64,000 nt of DNA from Vulcanimicrobiota bacterium. Its GTDB lineage: Bacteria > Vulcanimicrobiota > Vulcanimicrobiia > Vulcanimicrobiales > Vulcanimicrobiaceae. The position numbers and the translations under genes are program-made. The DNA is taken from NCBI GenBank assembly GCA_963820825.1, contig CAWGBN010000008.1, forward strand, positions 192,001-256,000, read 5' to 3'. Numbering within the stretch: the stretch's first letter is position 1; the number at the start of each line of letters is the position of its first letter. A model generated the notes under the pieces. That model saw only the letters and a program-made list of their open reading frames with translations, searched no databases and was not told where the DNA came from. Shown one piece after another: positions 17,855 to 26,986 of this stretch.

Positions 17855-18925
17855 GTGAAAACCTTAAGACCGCTCTCCGCAATCATCGCAACCATTCTTA
17901 TTGCGGCAATGCCCTTGGTCGCGTCGGCGCAAGTCAGCATTGGCGTTGGCTTTACCATCGGGAGCGCGCCGCCGCCGCTGCCATACTATTCGCAGCCCGA
18001 GGCGCCGTATCCGAACTATCAGTGGCAGCCGGGCTACTGGGCCTGGGGCCCGGCCGGATACTACTGGGTGCCCGGCACGTGGGTTGCTCCGCCGACCGTC
18101 GGCGTGTTGTGGACCCCGGGATACTGGGGTTATAACAACGGCTATTACGGCTGGAACAACGGCTACTGGGGCGCGACCGTCGGCTTCTACGGCGGTATCA
18201 ACTACGGCTACGGCTACCCGGGCAGCGGCTTCTACGGCGGCGGCTGGAACGGCGGCAACTTCGCCTACAATACCGCCGTCGCCAACGTCAACCGGACCGT
18301 GATCCACAACACCTACAACAAGACCGTCATCAACAAGAACGTCTGCAACAACTGCAAGAACGTCAGCTTCAACGGCGGCAAAGGCGGAACGACCGTTCGT
18401 CCGACGTCCGGGGAGATCCAGGCCCGGAAGAATGGCCGCCCACCGACTACCGCCCAGGTTCAGCAAGCCAAGGTTGCCGCTCAAGATCGCAATCTCTACG
18501 CGAACGTCAACAAAGGCAAACCGCCGGTGACGGCCGTGCAGAAACCGATTAGCGATCCCAAACAGCTCCCGAAGTTCACGCCGGTGACGACTGCCGATAA
18601 GCAGGCTGCTCAGAAGCAAGTCCATACGGCAAACAATGCCAACAACTCGATGCAGAACAAACCGGCGAACCAGAACCCGAACAAGCCGGCCAATAACACC
18701 ATGCAGGGCAAGCCTCCTTCGTCGCAGCAGCATCACAATCAACCGCCGAACAACTCGATGCAGTCGTCGACGCACAAGCCGCCGCAGAACTCGACGAACA
18801 AAGGCAACACGCATCAAGGCAGCACGCAGAGCAAGCCGCCGCAAGGCCAGAATCAGAACAAGAACGGCCAAGGCAAACCGCCGCAGAACAATAATAACGG
18901 CGGAAACAAACCGCCTCGCGCTTAG
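17855..18925 (+). CDS. secreted YXWGXW-repeat protein with N/Q/K/P-rich tail
   Basis: Signal peptide ending ASA; repeats YQWQPGYWAW, YYWVPGTW, LWTPGYWG and WNNGYWG; GGGAGG RBS; downstream terminator. Confidence 0.85.
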   Translation: MKTLRPLSAIIATILIAAMPLVASAQVSIGVGFTIGSAPPPLPYYSQPEAPYPNYQWQPGYWAWGPAGYYWVPGTWVAPPTVGVLWTPGYWGYNNGYYGWNNGYWGATVGFYGGINYGYGYPGSGFYGGGWNGGNFAYNTAVANVNRTVIHNTYNKTVINKNVCNNCKNVSFNGGKGGTTVRPTSGEIQARKNGRPPTTAQVQQAKVAAQDRNLYANVNKGKPPVTAVQKPISDPKQLPKFTPVTTADKQAAQKQVHTANNANNSMQNKPANQNPNKPANNTMQGKPPSSQQHHNQPPNNSMQSSTHKPPQNSTNKGNTHQGSTQSKPPQGQNQNKNGQGKPPQNNNNGGNKPPRA

Positions 18926-18940
18926 GGATCCGATACGTTA

Positions 18941-18975
18941 AAGCGGGGACTCCGAAAAGGAGTTCCCACTTTTTT
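18941..18975 (+). terminator. intrinsic terminator
   Basis: GGGGACTCC-GAAAA-GGAGTTCCC stem followed by TTTTTT. Confidence 0.8.
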
Positions 18976-19984
18976 ATCGCGCGATCGGCAGCCTTTGCGC
19001 GTCGAGTGGTACACCGAGCATCAACCGCGTGACCTCGTCGTAATTCTCGACGCCGGCCGCAATCCGATTGCTCTTGAGGTAGACGTTATAGGTGCGCCAC
19101 GTCCAGTGGGCGAGCATCACGTTGATATGCCGTGCGTCGCGACGGCGCAGGGCGGCGAAATCTTGCCAGACGAGCGGCACGAACTCGCGATGGGCGTATC
19201 GTCGCTTCTGCGGCAGATAGAGAAAGAGCTCGAGCCATCCCGAGTATTGCATGACCGGATCGGGTGAGCGCAGACAGGTGACGATCGCGAGATAGTTCGC
19301 TTCGTCTTCGCGGGCGTACGCGGCGTCGTGGCTCCACTCGTGCGCGAGATCGAACGGGCGCTCGAACCAGAGGAGGTCCGAGGCGAGCGCGACGTTGAGG
19401 GTGAGCGGATTGATGAATCCGCTCGTGCCCGTCGCGAGCATGAAGGGATTCGCGACCGTCGGCTTCGGCTCGCCGACCGAGGGCGTCCAGTCGTCGCCGG
19501 CGCGCCGCACCGCGGGCAGCCACGCCGTAAAGAGCGCATCGCGGTCGAGCGGCATCGTCGCGCGCGCGTGCGCCGCGGCGGCGAGCTGGTTCATCTCTGA
19601 GATCGCCTGCGCACGCAGCGCCGTTGCCTTGCCCGGCGTCACGGCAGCGGCGTCGAACTCGACGCGCGCTTCAAGCGGCGCGCGCGCGTAGTTCCAACCC
19701 CAGCTCAGTTCGAACCAAATTGCGTAGAGTCCAAGTATCGCGGCGCAGTCGAGGAGCAGCATTCCGAAATCGCGCGAACGCTTCGTGCGACCGCGTGCGA
19801 AGATCGCGATCCGCCAAGCGATCGCCGCGATGCCGGCGAGACCGGCGACGTCGCCGAGCGACCATGGCAACGGATGCGTGATCGTGAAGGCGAGGTGCTC
19901 CCAACCCGGATAGGCCCCGTTGACGTATGCCCGCTCGATCCATCCGGCCGAGGGTTGCCAAAGCAAAGCGACCGCGCCAAGCAC
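18974..19984 (-). CDS. DUF3810 family protein (putative HExxH metallopeptidase)
   Basis: GTSGFINPLTL and LAHEWSH..YAREDEANYLA motifs; N-terminal TM segments; start uncertain. Confidence 0.75.
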   Translation of the reverse strand: MLGAVALLWQPSAGWIERAYVNGAYPGWEHLAFTITHPLPWSLGDVAGLAGIAAIAWRIAIFARGRTKRSRDFGMLLLDCAAILGLYAIWFELSWGWNYARAPLEARVEFDAAAVTPGKATALRAQAISEMNQLAAAAHARATMPLDRDALFTAWLPAVRRAGDDWTPSVGEPKPTVANPFMLATGTSGFINPLTLNVALASDLLWFERPFDLAHEWSHDAAYAREDEANYLAIVTCLRSPDPVMQYSGWLELFLYLPQKRRYAHREFVPLVWQDFAALRRRDARHINVMLAHWTWRTYNVYLKSNRIAAGVENYDEVTRLMLGVPLDAQRLPIAR

Positions 19985-20010
19985 GATCGCGAGAACTTTC
20001 GGGAGCGTCT

Positions 20011-20409
20011 TTAGCGTTTGCTGTACTGGAATCGCTTGCGGGCGCGCTTGCGGCCGTACTTCTTCGATTCCTTTTCGCGCGGATCGCGCGTGAGGAAACC
20101 GTTCTTGCGCAGCGTCTCCTTGAGCGACTCGTCGACCGCCAGCAACGCGCGAGCGATGCCGTGGCGAACCGCACCGGCCTGACCGGTGACGCCGCCGCCT
20201 TCCGCTTTTACCCGGACGTCGAAGCGCGAGATGCTCTGCGTCGCCTCGAGCGGCTGACGCACGATCTGCAGGAGCTGAGGACGCGGAAAGTATTCTTCGA
20301 CCGGCTTACCGTTCACGATGATGACGCCCTGACCGAGCGAGAGCTTCACTCGCGCGACCGCACGCTTTCTGCGTCCGGTCGATTGCACGACGTCGATCGA
20401 TTCGTCCAA
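20011..20409 (-). CDS. rpsI: 30S ribosomal protein S9
   Basis: TGRRKRAVARV, GGGVTGQAGAVRHGIARAL and KKYGRKRARKRFQYSKR motifs. Confidence 0.98.
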   Translation of the reverse strand: MDESIDVVQSTGRRKRAVARVKLSLGQGVIIVNGKPVEEYFPRPQLLQIVRQPLEATQSISRFDVRVKAEGGGVTGQAGAVRHGIARALLAVDESLKETLRKNGFLTRDPREKESKKYGRKRARKRFQYSKR

Positions 20410-20417
20410 AGCGGCTC

Positions 20418-20852
20418 CTACGATACCGACGAGAGCGGCGCCGGGTTCTGCGCCTCGTGTGGATGAGTTCCGTCCGCGTAAACGTTCAAACGTCGAAGCT
20501 GCACGTCGCGCATGCGATTGGTCGGGAGCATTCCGCGCACGGCCTTCTCGATGAGACGCTCGGGGTATTTATCGGCGATTTCGCGCGCGGTCTGAACCTT
20601 CAGGCCACCGGGGTAGTTGCTGTGACGGTAGTACAGCTTCTGATTCCATTTCTTGCCGCCCAGCTCGACCTTCGCCGCGTTCACGACGATGACGTGATCG
20701 CCGTCGTCGATGTGGGGCGTCCAGGTCGGTTTGTGCTTACCGGAGAGCGCGCGCGCAATGCGAACCGCAAGCGTTCCAAGACGCTCGCCGGCGGCATCGA
20801 CGATATACCATCGATGCGCGGTCTCAGCACTCTTCTGCTGGTAGGTGCGCAC
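20418..20852 (-). CDS. rplM: 50S ribosomal protein L13
   Basis: WYIVDAAG..LG.LA, GKHKPTWTPHIDDGD and AVRGMLP motifs; GTG 20852 preferred over TTG 20858, which lies only 3 nt after the -10 box. Confidence 0.97.
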   Translation of the reverse strand: MRTYQQKSAETAHRWYIVDAAGERLGTLAVRIARALSGKHKPTWTPHIDDGDHVIVVNAAKVELGGKKWNQKLYYRHSNYPGGLKVQTAREIADKYPERLIEKAVRGMLPTNRMRDVQLRRLNVYADGTHPHEAQNPAPLSSVS

Positions 20853-20861
20853 AACCAACGT

Positions 20862-20891
20862 ATCCTACGGGAAAGGACGGTGCGGCGTCAA
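20862..20891 (-). promoter_or_regulatory. sigma70-type promoter of rplM-rpsI
   Basis: TTGACG-N18-TAGGAT on the minus strand. Confidence 0.6.
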
Positions 20892-20913
20892 GCGGACGGG
20901 ACGCACCGCAAGG

Positions 20914-21690
20914 CTACCGGCACAGGATCGGGGGCTCGGCAAAGGAGTCGTATCCGCCGGCGTAGCGGACGCCCGCTAAGTAGAGGCCGTGCGCGGGCGC
21001 CGTCGGGCCGGCCGCCTCACGGCTGCGGGCGGCCAGCACCGCGGCCAGGCCCGCTGGATCCCGGCGGCCGGTCCCGCACTCGAGCAGCGTTCCGGCGATC
21101 GTCCGCACCATGTGATGGAGAAAGCCGTCGGCGGCCGCCTCGAGGCGCACGAGCTCGCCGCGCGGCTCGATCTCGAGCCGCCGCAGGCAACGGACCGTGC
21201 GCTCGTCTGGGCGGGCTGCCGCGAACGAGCGGAAATCTCGCTCGCCGACGAGGTGAGCAGCCCCAGCCCGCATCGCCTCGAGATCGAGCGGAGGGGGAAC
21301 GTGCGCGGCGTAGCGCGCGAGCAGGGCGTTGCGCTCTCTCCGGTTGAGAACGGCGTAGACGTAGGTACGCTCGCGAGCGGAGAAGCGCGCCGAGAAACCG
21401 GTCTCGACGATTTCGCTCTCGCGGACTGAAAGATCCGGCGGCAGTATCCCGCGCAGGGCGACGAGCAGGCGGTCGAACGGAAAGCCGGACCCGGTCGCGA
21501 GGGAGACGACCTGTCCGGTGGCATGAACGCCGCTGTCGGTGCGTCCGGCTCCGGTGATCTTAACGGGCTCCTCGAAGAGCCGCGAGAGAGCGCCCTCCAA
21601 GACGCCGGCGACCGTCCGGACCTCGGGCTGCCACTGAAAGCCGCAGAAATCGGCGCCGTCGTACTCGACGGTGAGCCGAAGGGTCGTCAG
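20914..21690 (-). CDS. truA: tRNA pseudouridine(38-40) synthase TruA
   Basis: EYDGADFCGFQWQ, AGRTDSGVHATGQV, FLHHMVR and TAPAHGLYL motifs; probable CTG start overlapping the upstream TGA. Confidence 0.95.
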   Translation of the reverse strand: MTTLRLTVEYDGADFCGFQWQPEVRTVAGVLEGALSRLFEEPVKITGAGRTDSGVHATGQVVSLATGSGFPFDRLLVALRGILPPDLSVRESEIVETGFSARFSARERTYVYAVLNRRERNALLARYAAHVPPPLDLEAMRAGAAHLVGERDFRSFAAARPDERTVRCLRRLEIEPRGELVRLEAAADGFLHHMVRTIAGTLLECGTGRRDPAGLAAVLAARSREAAGPTAPAHGLYLAGVRYAGGYDSFAEPPILCR

Positions 21691-22355
21691 AGCTCGGCCC
21701 GGCGCAGCTCCGCCGCCGCTGCGGCGTAGTCGCGCCGGAACGCGGCGTCGCTCATCATGACGTAGGCGGCGAGCGTCCCGGCCGTCCAACCCGAGGCGAC
21801 GTCGCTGGGATAGTGGACTCCCAAGATGATGCGGTTCTCGGCGAAGGTCCGCGCTTGTGTAAAGATCGCGTCACGTTTACCGGGCAAGAGCTGCGCGAGC
21901 ACGATCGCGCTCGCAGCCGCGAAGGCCGCGTGCCCGCTGGGGTAGGAACCGCGCCGCTTCTGCGCGCCGTCGGGACGTGGGCGCGCCCAGTACGACTTAG
22001 CTCCGTCGATGAGCTCCTTCACGTCCGAGCCGATCCGCGCGAAGAATGCCGCCGTTACCGGCAGCCGCTCCGCGGTAAACCCCGGTCCGGCCGAGGGCTC
22101 GTAAAAGAAGACGGTCCGCACCGAGGCATCTTCGGCTTGAAGGAGCTGCGTGCGGCTGCGCGCGGCGACGGCGGCAGCGACTTGCTGCTCGTCGGCGAGC
22201 GCCTGCGCCGAGGCGACGTCCGGCGGCGGCGGCAGCAAGTGCGTCAGATCGAGCTGCGACGGATTCAAGTAGTAGAAATGCTGTTCGGCCGGCGCGCTCA
22301 TCGGAACCACGAGCGCGGCGAGAACGAGCAGCAGCGCGATCGCGCGAAGGTTCAT
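21687..22355 (-). CDS. PAP2-family (class A) acid phosphatase, secreted
   Basis: Signal peptide; KSYWARPRP, SYPSGH and RIILGVHYPSDV motifs. Confidence 0.88.
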   Translation of the reverse strand: MNLRAIALLLVLAALVVPMSAPAEQHFYYLNPSQLDLTHLLPPPPDVASAQALADEQQVAAAVAARSRTQLLQAEDASVRTVFFYEPSAGPGFTAERLPVTAAFFARIGSDVKELIDGAKSYWARPRPDGAQKRRGSYPSGHAAFAAASAIVLAQLLPGKRDAIFTQARTFAENRIILGVHYPSDVASGWTAGTLAAYVMMSDAAFRRDYAAAAAELRRAEL

Positions 22356-22362
22356 GGCCCGC

Positions 22363-23859
22363 TCAGCCGTGCTGGCGTTGGAGCGGAAAGAGCGTGACGT
22401 CGCGGATCGATCGCTCTCCGGTAAGCAGCATGATGAGCCGGTCGACGCCGATCCCGATTCCGGCAGTCGGCGGCATGCCGTATTCGAGCGCGCGAACGTA
22501 ATCCCAATCGGGTTCGGGAATCTCCTCATTTCCTTCGGCTCGCTCGGCGACTTGCGCGGCAAAACGCAAGCGCTGGTCGTCGGGATCGTTGAGCTCGGTG
22601 AAGGCGTTTGAGATCTCCATATGCGCGCAGAAGAGCTCGTAGCGATCGACGATGGCATCGTCGCCGGCGCGGCGTTTCGCGAGCGGCGAGATCACCACCG
22701 GATAGCCGGTCACGAAGGTCGGAGCGATCAAGTTCGGCTCGACGACCCGTTCGAAGATCTTGTCGAGAGCGTGCCCGTGCGAGGGCGAGGGCGGCACGCC
22801 GAGTTCCTCGAGGATGATCTGCGCGTCGTACGGATCGAGGAGGCGTTGGCGCGTGTACTTCCCGTCGCTGAAGCGCGCCATCGCCTCGAGGTACTCGACT
22901 CGGGCGAAGGGGCGCGCGAAAGAGATCGTCACCTCGCCAAACGGCAGATCGGTACCGCCATCGGTCGCAATCGAGACGAGATGCGCGATCAGCGCTTCGT
23001 TGAACTCCATCATGTCCGAAACGTCCCAGTAGGCCGCGTAGAGCTCGAGCATCGTGAACTCCGGGCTGTGGGTCGTATCGATGCCCTCGTTGCGAAAGAT
23101 CCGGCCGATCTCGTAGACGCGCTCGAGCCCGCCGACGATCAACCGCTTCAGGTTCAGCTCCGTCGCTATACGCAGCTGCATGAGTTGATCGAGCGCGTTG
23201 CACTCGGTGACGAACGGGCGCGCCGCGGCGCCGCCGGCAACGTGCAGCAGCGTCGGCGTCTCGACCTCGAAGAAGCCGTGCCCGTCGATGAACCGGCGCA
23301 TCTCGGCAATCAGGCGGCTGCGCATGATCATCGTGTCGCGGACCTCGGGATTGACGATGAGATCCACGTATCGCTGGCGATAGCGCTTCTCGACATCCTG
23401 CAAGCCGTGCCACTTATCGGGCAGCGGCATGAGCGCTTTGCCCAGGACCGAGAAGGCGGTGACGTGCAGCGTCAGCTCGCCCATCTTAGAGCGGAACATA
23501 TAGCCGCGCACGCCGACGAGGTCGCCGCGATCGAGATCGCTCCAGTTGACGAAGGCCTCGTCACCCACTTCTTCTCTGCGCAGGTAGATCTGGAGCTTGC
23601 CGGTGCGGTCGGCGAGATCGGCAAAGCTCGTCTTGCCCATCCTCCGCTTCGAGAGGATCCGCCCAGCCAGACTCCATCCTTCGGCGCTCGCGTCTTGGCC
23701 GGGCACCAGAAACCCGTAACGCTCCAGCAGCTCGCCGGCGGTCGCGTCCACGTCGAAACGCCGCGCCGCAAACGGATCGCTTCCCCGCGAACGCAAAGCG
23801 GCCAGATTCTCACGTCTGGCCGCCACGAGTGCCGCTTCGGTCTTGCCGAGTTCTTCCAA
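22363..23859 (-). CDS. lysS: lysine--tRNA ligase (class II)
   Basis: RYRQRYVDL, GGAAARPF, GRIFRNEGID..HSPEFTMLE and GMPPTAGIGIGVDRL motifs. Confidence 0.98.
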   Translation of the reverse strand: MEELGKTEAALVAARRENLAALRSRGSDPFAARRFDVDATAGELLERYGFLVPGQDASAEGWSLAGRILSKRRMGKTSFADLADRTGKLQIYLRREEVGDEAFVNWSDLDRGDLVGVRGYMFRSKMGELTLHVTAFSVLGKALMPLPDKWHGLQDVEKRYRQRYVDLIVNPEVRDTMIMRSRLIAEMRRFIDGHGFFEVETPTLLHVAGGAAARPFVTECNALDQLMQLRIATELNLKRLIVGGLERVYEIGRIFRNEGIDTTHSPEFTMLELYAAYWDVSDMMEFNEALIAHLVSIATDGGTDLPFGEVTISFARPFARVEYLEAMARFSDGKYTRQRLLDPYDAQIILEELGVPPSPSHGHALDKIFERVVEPNLIAPTFVTGYPVVISPLAKRRAGDDAIVDRYELFCAHMEISNAFTELNDPDDQRLRFAAQVAERAEGNEEIPEPDWDYVRALEYGMPPTAGIGIGVDRLIMLLTGERSIRDVTLFPLQRQHG

Positions 23860-23879
23860 AATTGAATCTCTTTGCGGCC

Positions 23880-24389
23880 TCAGGAGGCCTTCTTTGCGGC
23901 CTTCTTCGGTGAGTTGCTCTTGATCGACTCGATCTTATACTTCACGAGCCCGCGCGGCGTCGCGACGTCGACCGTCGTACCTTTCTTATGCCCCATCAGC
24001 GCGCTGCCGAGCGGCGACTCGTTCGAGATGCGCCGGTTCGGCGGATCGGCTTCGGCAGATCCAACGATCGAGAACTCGTACGTCTCGTTATTCTTGAGGT
24101 CTTTGACCTTGACGACGGCGCCTAGATGCACTTCATCGGCTGCGTACTCGAATTCGTCGATCAGCCGCGCGTTGCGGATCATCGCCTCGAGCTTGAGAAT
24201 CCGACCTTCGATGAAGGCCTGTTCCTGCTTGGCGTCTTCGTACTCCGCGTTTTCGCTCAGGTCGCCATACTCTTTGGCCTGGCGAATGCGGTCGTTGACC
24301 TCGCGCCGATGGACGCTCTTAAGCTCGTCGAGCTCCTGCTCCAACTTCGCCAGACCCTCCGCGGTCAGTACGATCTCTTTTTCGTTCAA
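23880..24389 (-). CDS. greA: transcription elongation factor GreA
   Basis: GDLSENAEYEDAK and ISNESPLGSALMG motifs. Confidence 0.97.
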   Translation of the reverse strand: MNEKEIVLTAEGLAKLEQELDELKSVHRREVNDRIRQAKEYGDLSENAEYEDAKQEQAFIEGRILKLEAMIRNARLIDEFEYAADEVHLGAVVKVKDLKNNETYEFSIVGSAEADPPNRRISNESPLGSALMGHKKGTTVDVATPRGLVKYKIESIKSNSPKKAAKKAS

Positions 24390-24534
24390 CGATTAGGTCC
24401 TCACGGGTCGCTCACGAGGAGAAACCCCAAAGCATTTTCATGGCGCTCTCCAACGCTGGCGCGGGTTGTTCTGAAGGGGCGGCTCCAAGGCCTTCTCCCC
24501 CGCCCGGACGCCCGAAGGTATACCCAGGCCGGCG

Positions 24535-25440
24535 CTACGGGAATCGGATAACCCGCGGTTTGAGCTCCAGTTCGCGCAGCAGACGCTCGTAGTCGGCCGG
24601 CTCGACGTCTTTCCACGCCTTGCCGAGCAACGCCAAGAGCGCGGCCTCCAAAACGTTGGTCCCGAACGATCGCCCCGCAATCTCCGGCGTGGTGGTGATA
24701 AGCAGTTTGACGCCGCGGGCCGCCAGCTCGTCGAGATTCCCCTGAGTCACCGTGTTGGTCAAAACGATCTTGCCGTCGAGCCGGTCGGGCATGAACTGGC
24801 GCATGAAGTGAAAGTCGCCGGCGATGATTTCGGCCCGCTCGTAGTATTGCGGATACTTCGGCTCGGGCGGCTTCTCTTGTTTCTTCCCGGTCGGATAGAA
24901 GAACTGAAACGGCAGCTTGCAGGCATCGGGAAGATACTTCTCGGCCATCGTTTCGAACTCGTGGAGGTCGCGAACCGGCATATCCTTGTCGAGTGCGAAG
25001 ATAAAATCGCCGAAGAGCACGTCGGCGCCGGCATCGACGAAGGCTTGCGCCATCCCGAAGCGATCGAGCGCGCTGACCATCAGCACGTGCCGGCCGCGCA
25101 GGTCGATCCCGAGCTGCTCCTGCATGAAGGCGACCGCCTTTCGCTCGAGCGTGTTCTTCAAGCCGCTGCCGTCTACGACCGGCGTGATCTTGGCGGCCTC
25201 GAGCAGGCGGAGTCCATCTCGCAGCGCGTAACGGTGGCGTCCGGCGTAAAGGTAGACGTCGATGCCGCCGAGTCCGATCGCGTCGACTTTGCCGTCGAGC
25301 TCGCGCACTTTCGCAATGGCCGCATCGAGTTTGCCGTCCATGCCGATTCGCGCGATGTCGAACTCCTCGCCCAAGAAGGTCACCCGTGCTTGGTGATCGC
25401 GGCTGCTCGAACCGAGCGATACCGAGACGACGCGCTTCAT
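24535..25440 (-). CDS. conserved uncharacterised protein (family often auto-labelled 'quinate 5-dehydrogenase')
   Basis: MKRVVSVSLGSSSRDH, DAIGLGGID, PVVDGSGLKNTLER and GRSFGTNVLEA; ATG overlaps the upstream stop; function not established. Confidence 0.7.
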   Translation of the reverse strand: MKRVVSVSLGSSSRDHQARVTFLGEEFDIARIGMDGKLDAAIAKVRELDGKVDAIGLGGIDVYLYAGRHRYALRDGLRLLEAAKITPVVDGSGLKNTLERKAVAFMQEQLGIDLRGRHVLMVSALDRFGMAQAFVDAGADVLFGDFIFALDKDMPVRDLHEFETMAEKYLPDACKLPFQFFYPTGKKQEKPPEPKYPQYYERAEIIAGDFHFMRQFMPDRLDGKIVLTNTVTQGNLDELAARGVKLLITTTPEIAGRSFGTNVLEAALLALLGKAWKDVEPADYERLLRELELKPRVIRFP

Positions 25441-26534
25441 ACGTGACCCACCGCGGCCGCGCGAGCGGCGGCGATCTTCTCCGGCGTGATCGCGGCGTCG
25501 AATGCGCGCATGCCGGCGAGCTCGAAACCGCATCGCTGCGCCATCACTTCGATCTCGATGATCTTTGCCAGCTCGATCCCGCGGCCAAGCGTGAACGGCT
25601 CGAGGCGTCCCTCGAGCGCAAGAACCATCGTCTCGCCCATGCAGGCCAGTGCGGTACGCGGCGGGAGATTCAAGTCGAAATCGGTTCCCGGTTCGCGCAC
25701 GCGCTCGAAACGAGGACTTCCCGGCACGACGACGTTCCCGCCTTCGATGACCAAGACGTCGGGACGTTGCTGCGCGACGCGCCGGCTAACGTCGTGCGGC
25801 AGCGAGAGCTCGCAGACGACCGCGCCGGCTCGAAGATCTTCGGGCTCGATCACGTCCTGCGTCGAGGTCGTCGCTGTGAGAACGAGCTGCGCTCGCCGCA
25901 CGGCGTCGGAGACGACGGTCGTGTACTCGCTCGCACACGGGAGCTCGCCGGCAACTTGTTCGTGAAACTTTCGCAGGCGCGTCTCGTTGCGCGCAACGAG
26001 GATGAGCCGCTCGACCTTCGGAGCGATCAGCCGTGCGCAGGCGCTGCCGATCGAGCCGGTCGCACCGATGACGACCGCCGTCGACGAGGCCGGATCGACG
26101 CCCATCTCGCTCGCGCCGCGGAAGAGGCTCTGCACGCCCGCGGCAATCGTCAGCGAGTTGCCGGTGGTCACCGGAATCGGGGAGCGCTCGTTGATGGTTA
26201 TCCCCGCGTCGCCGACGACCGCGGTAAAGGCGCCGAGACCCGCGACCTGCGCGCCCAGCTCGGCACCGATCTCGATCGCGCGCACGACGCGGCTGTAGAC
26301 CTCTTCGCGCGGAAACTCGACGAGCTGCTGCGGCAGCAGCGGCGCCGCAACGAACCAGCCTTCGGTCTCGCGACCGTCGGGCGTACGTACGCCGGTAACA
26401 TGAACTGCCGCATACGACGGCATCCACTCCATGATCTTGCGCAGGATCGCCTCACCCTTGCCCTTCGCACCGGGCTCGTAACGCGCGATGTCCTCGAACG
26501 AGAGCGGGTGAATGACGAAACAGAACTTGTTCAC
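25437..26534 (-). CDS. acyl-ACP reductase-like NAD(P)-dependent oxidoreductase (COG5322-type)
   Basis: FVIHPLS, LGAFTAVVGD, TTGNSLT, GATGSIGSACA and ACMGETM (candidate catalytic Cys); GTGA-coupled. Confidence 0.75.
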   Translation of the reverse strand: MNKFCFVIHPLSFEDIARYEPGAKGKGEAILRKIMEWMPSYAAVHVTGVRTPDGRETEGWFVAAPLLPQQLVEFPREEVYSRVVRAIEIGAELGAQVAGLGAFTAVVGDAGITINERSPIPVTTGNSLTIAAGVQSLFRGASEMGVDPASSTAVVIGATGSIGSACARLIAPKVERLILVARNETRLRKFHEQVAGELPCASEYTTVVSDAVRRAQLVLTATTSTQDVIEPEDLRAGAVVCELSLPHDVSRRVAQQRPDVLVIEGGNVVVPGSPRFERVREPGTDFDLNLPPRTALACMGETMVLALEGRLEPFTLGRGIELAKIIEIEVMAQRCGFELAGMRAFDAAITPEKIAAARAAAVGHV

Positions 26535-26977
26535 GCGCACGGCTCCGACTCGGCCTCGCGCTTGAGCGCCGCCAGCATCATCTCGCTGTTCTCGCGCACC
26601 TTCTTCTGCAGGGTCGGACCGATGAGCTCGGCGAGCGTCGGCACGCCGAAATCGTACTCCACGCCGAGCACGACGTGCGTGAGGCCGTCGCGGTGCTCGA
26701 ACGTCCAAGCACCTTCGAACTTGTCGAGATCGCCCTCGATCAGCTTGTAGTCGATTCGCAGCGACGCGTCGTCGAAGCGATCCTCTTCCGTCCACTCGAT
26801 CGGCGCTTCCTCGACGAGCGTCTTCCAACGCGAGATCACGCCGTCGGCGCGGCGCGCGAGGATCGTCACCTTCTCCACGTCGGGCATGAACTGCGGAAAC
26901 CGCTCTTGGTCCTTAGCAAGCTCGTAAACGCGGCGGGCCGGTGCGTCGATCACGATTCTACTCTCAACATACGGCAT
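26531..26977 (-). CDS. SRPBCC (START/cyclase-like) family protein
   Basis: IDAPARRVYEL..D.ERFPQFMPDV and GDLDKFEGAWTF motifs. Confidence 0.85.
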   Translation of the reverse strand: MPYVESRIVIDAPARRVYELAKDQERFPQFMPDVEKVTILARRADGVISRWKTLVEEAPIEWTEEDRFDDASLRIDYKLIEGDLDKFEGAWTFEHRDGLTHVVLGVEYDFGVPTLAELIGPTLQKKVRENSEMMLAALKREAESEPCA

Positions 26978-26986
26978 CGCGAACGG

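Noticed and set aside
24399..24419. Hairpin over the greA ribosome-binding site
   Set aside because: Short and G-U-rich; not distinguishable from chance in high-GC DNA
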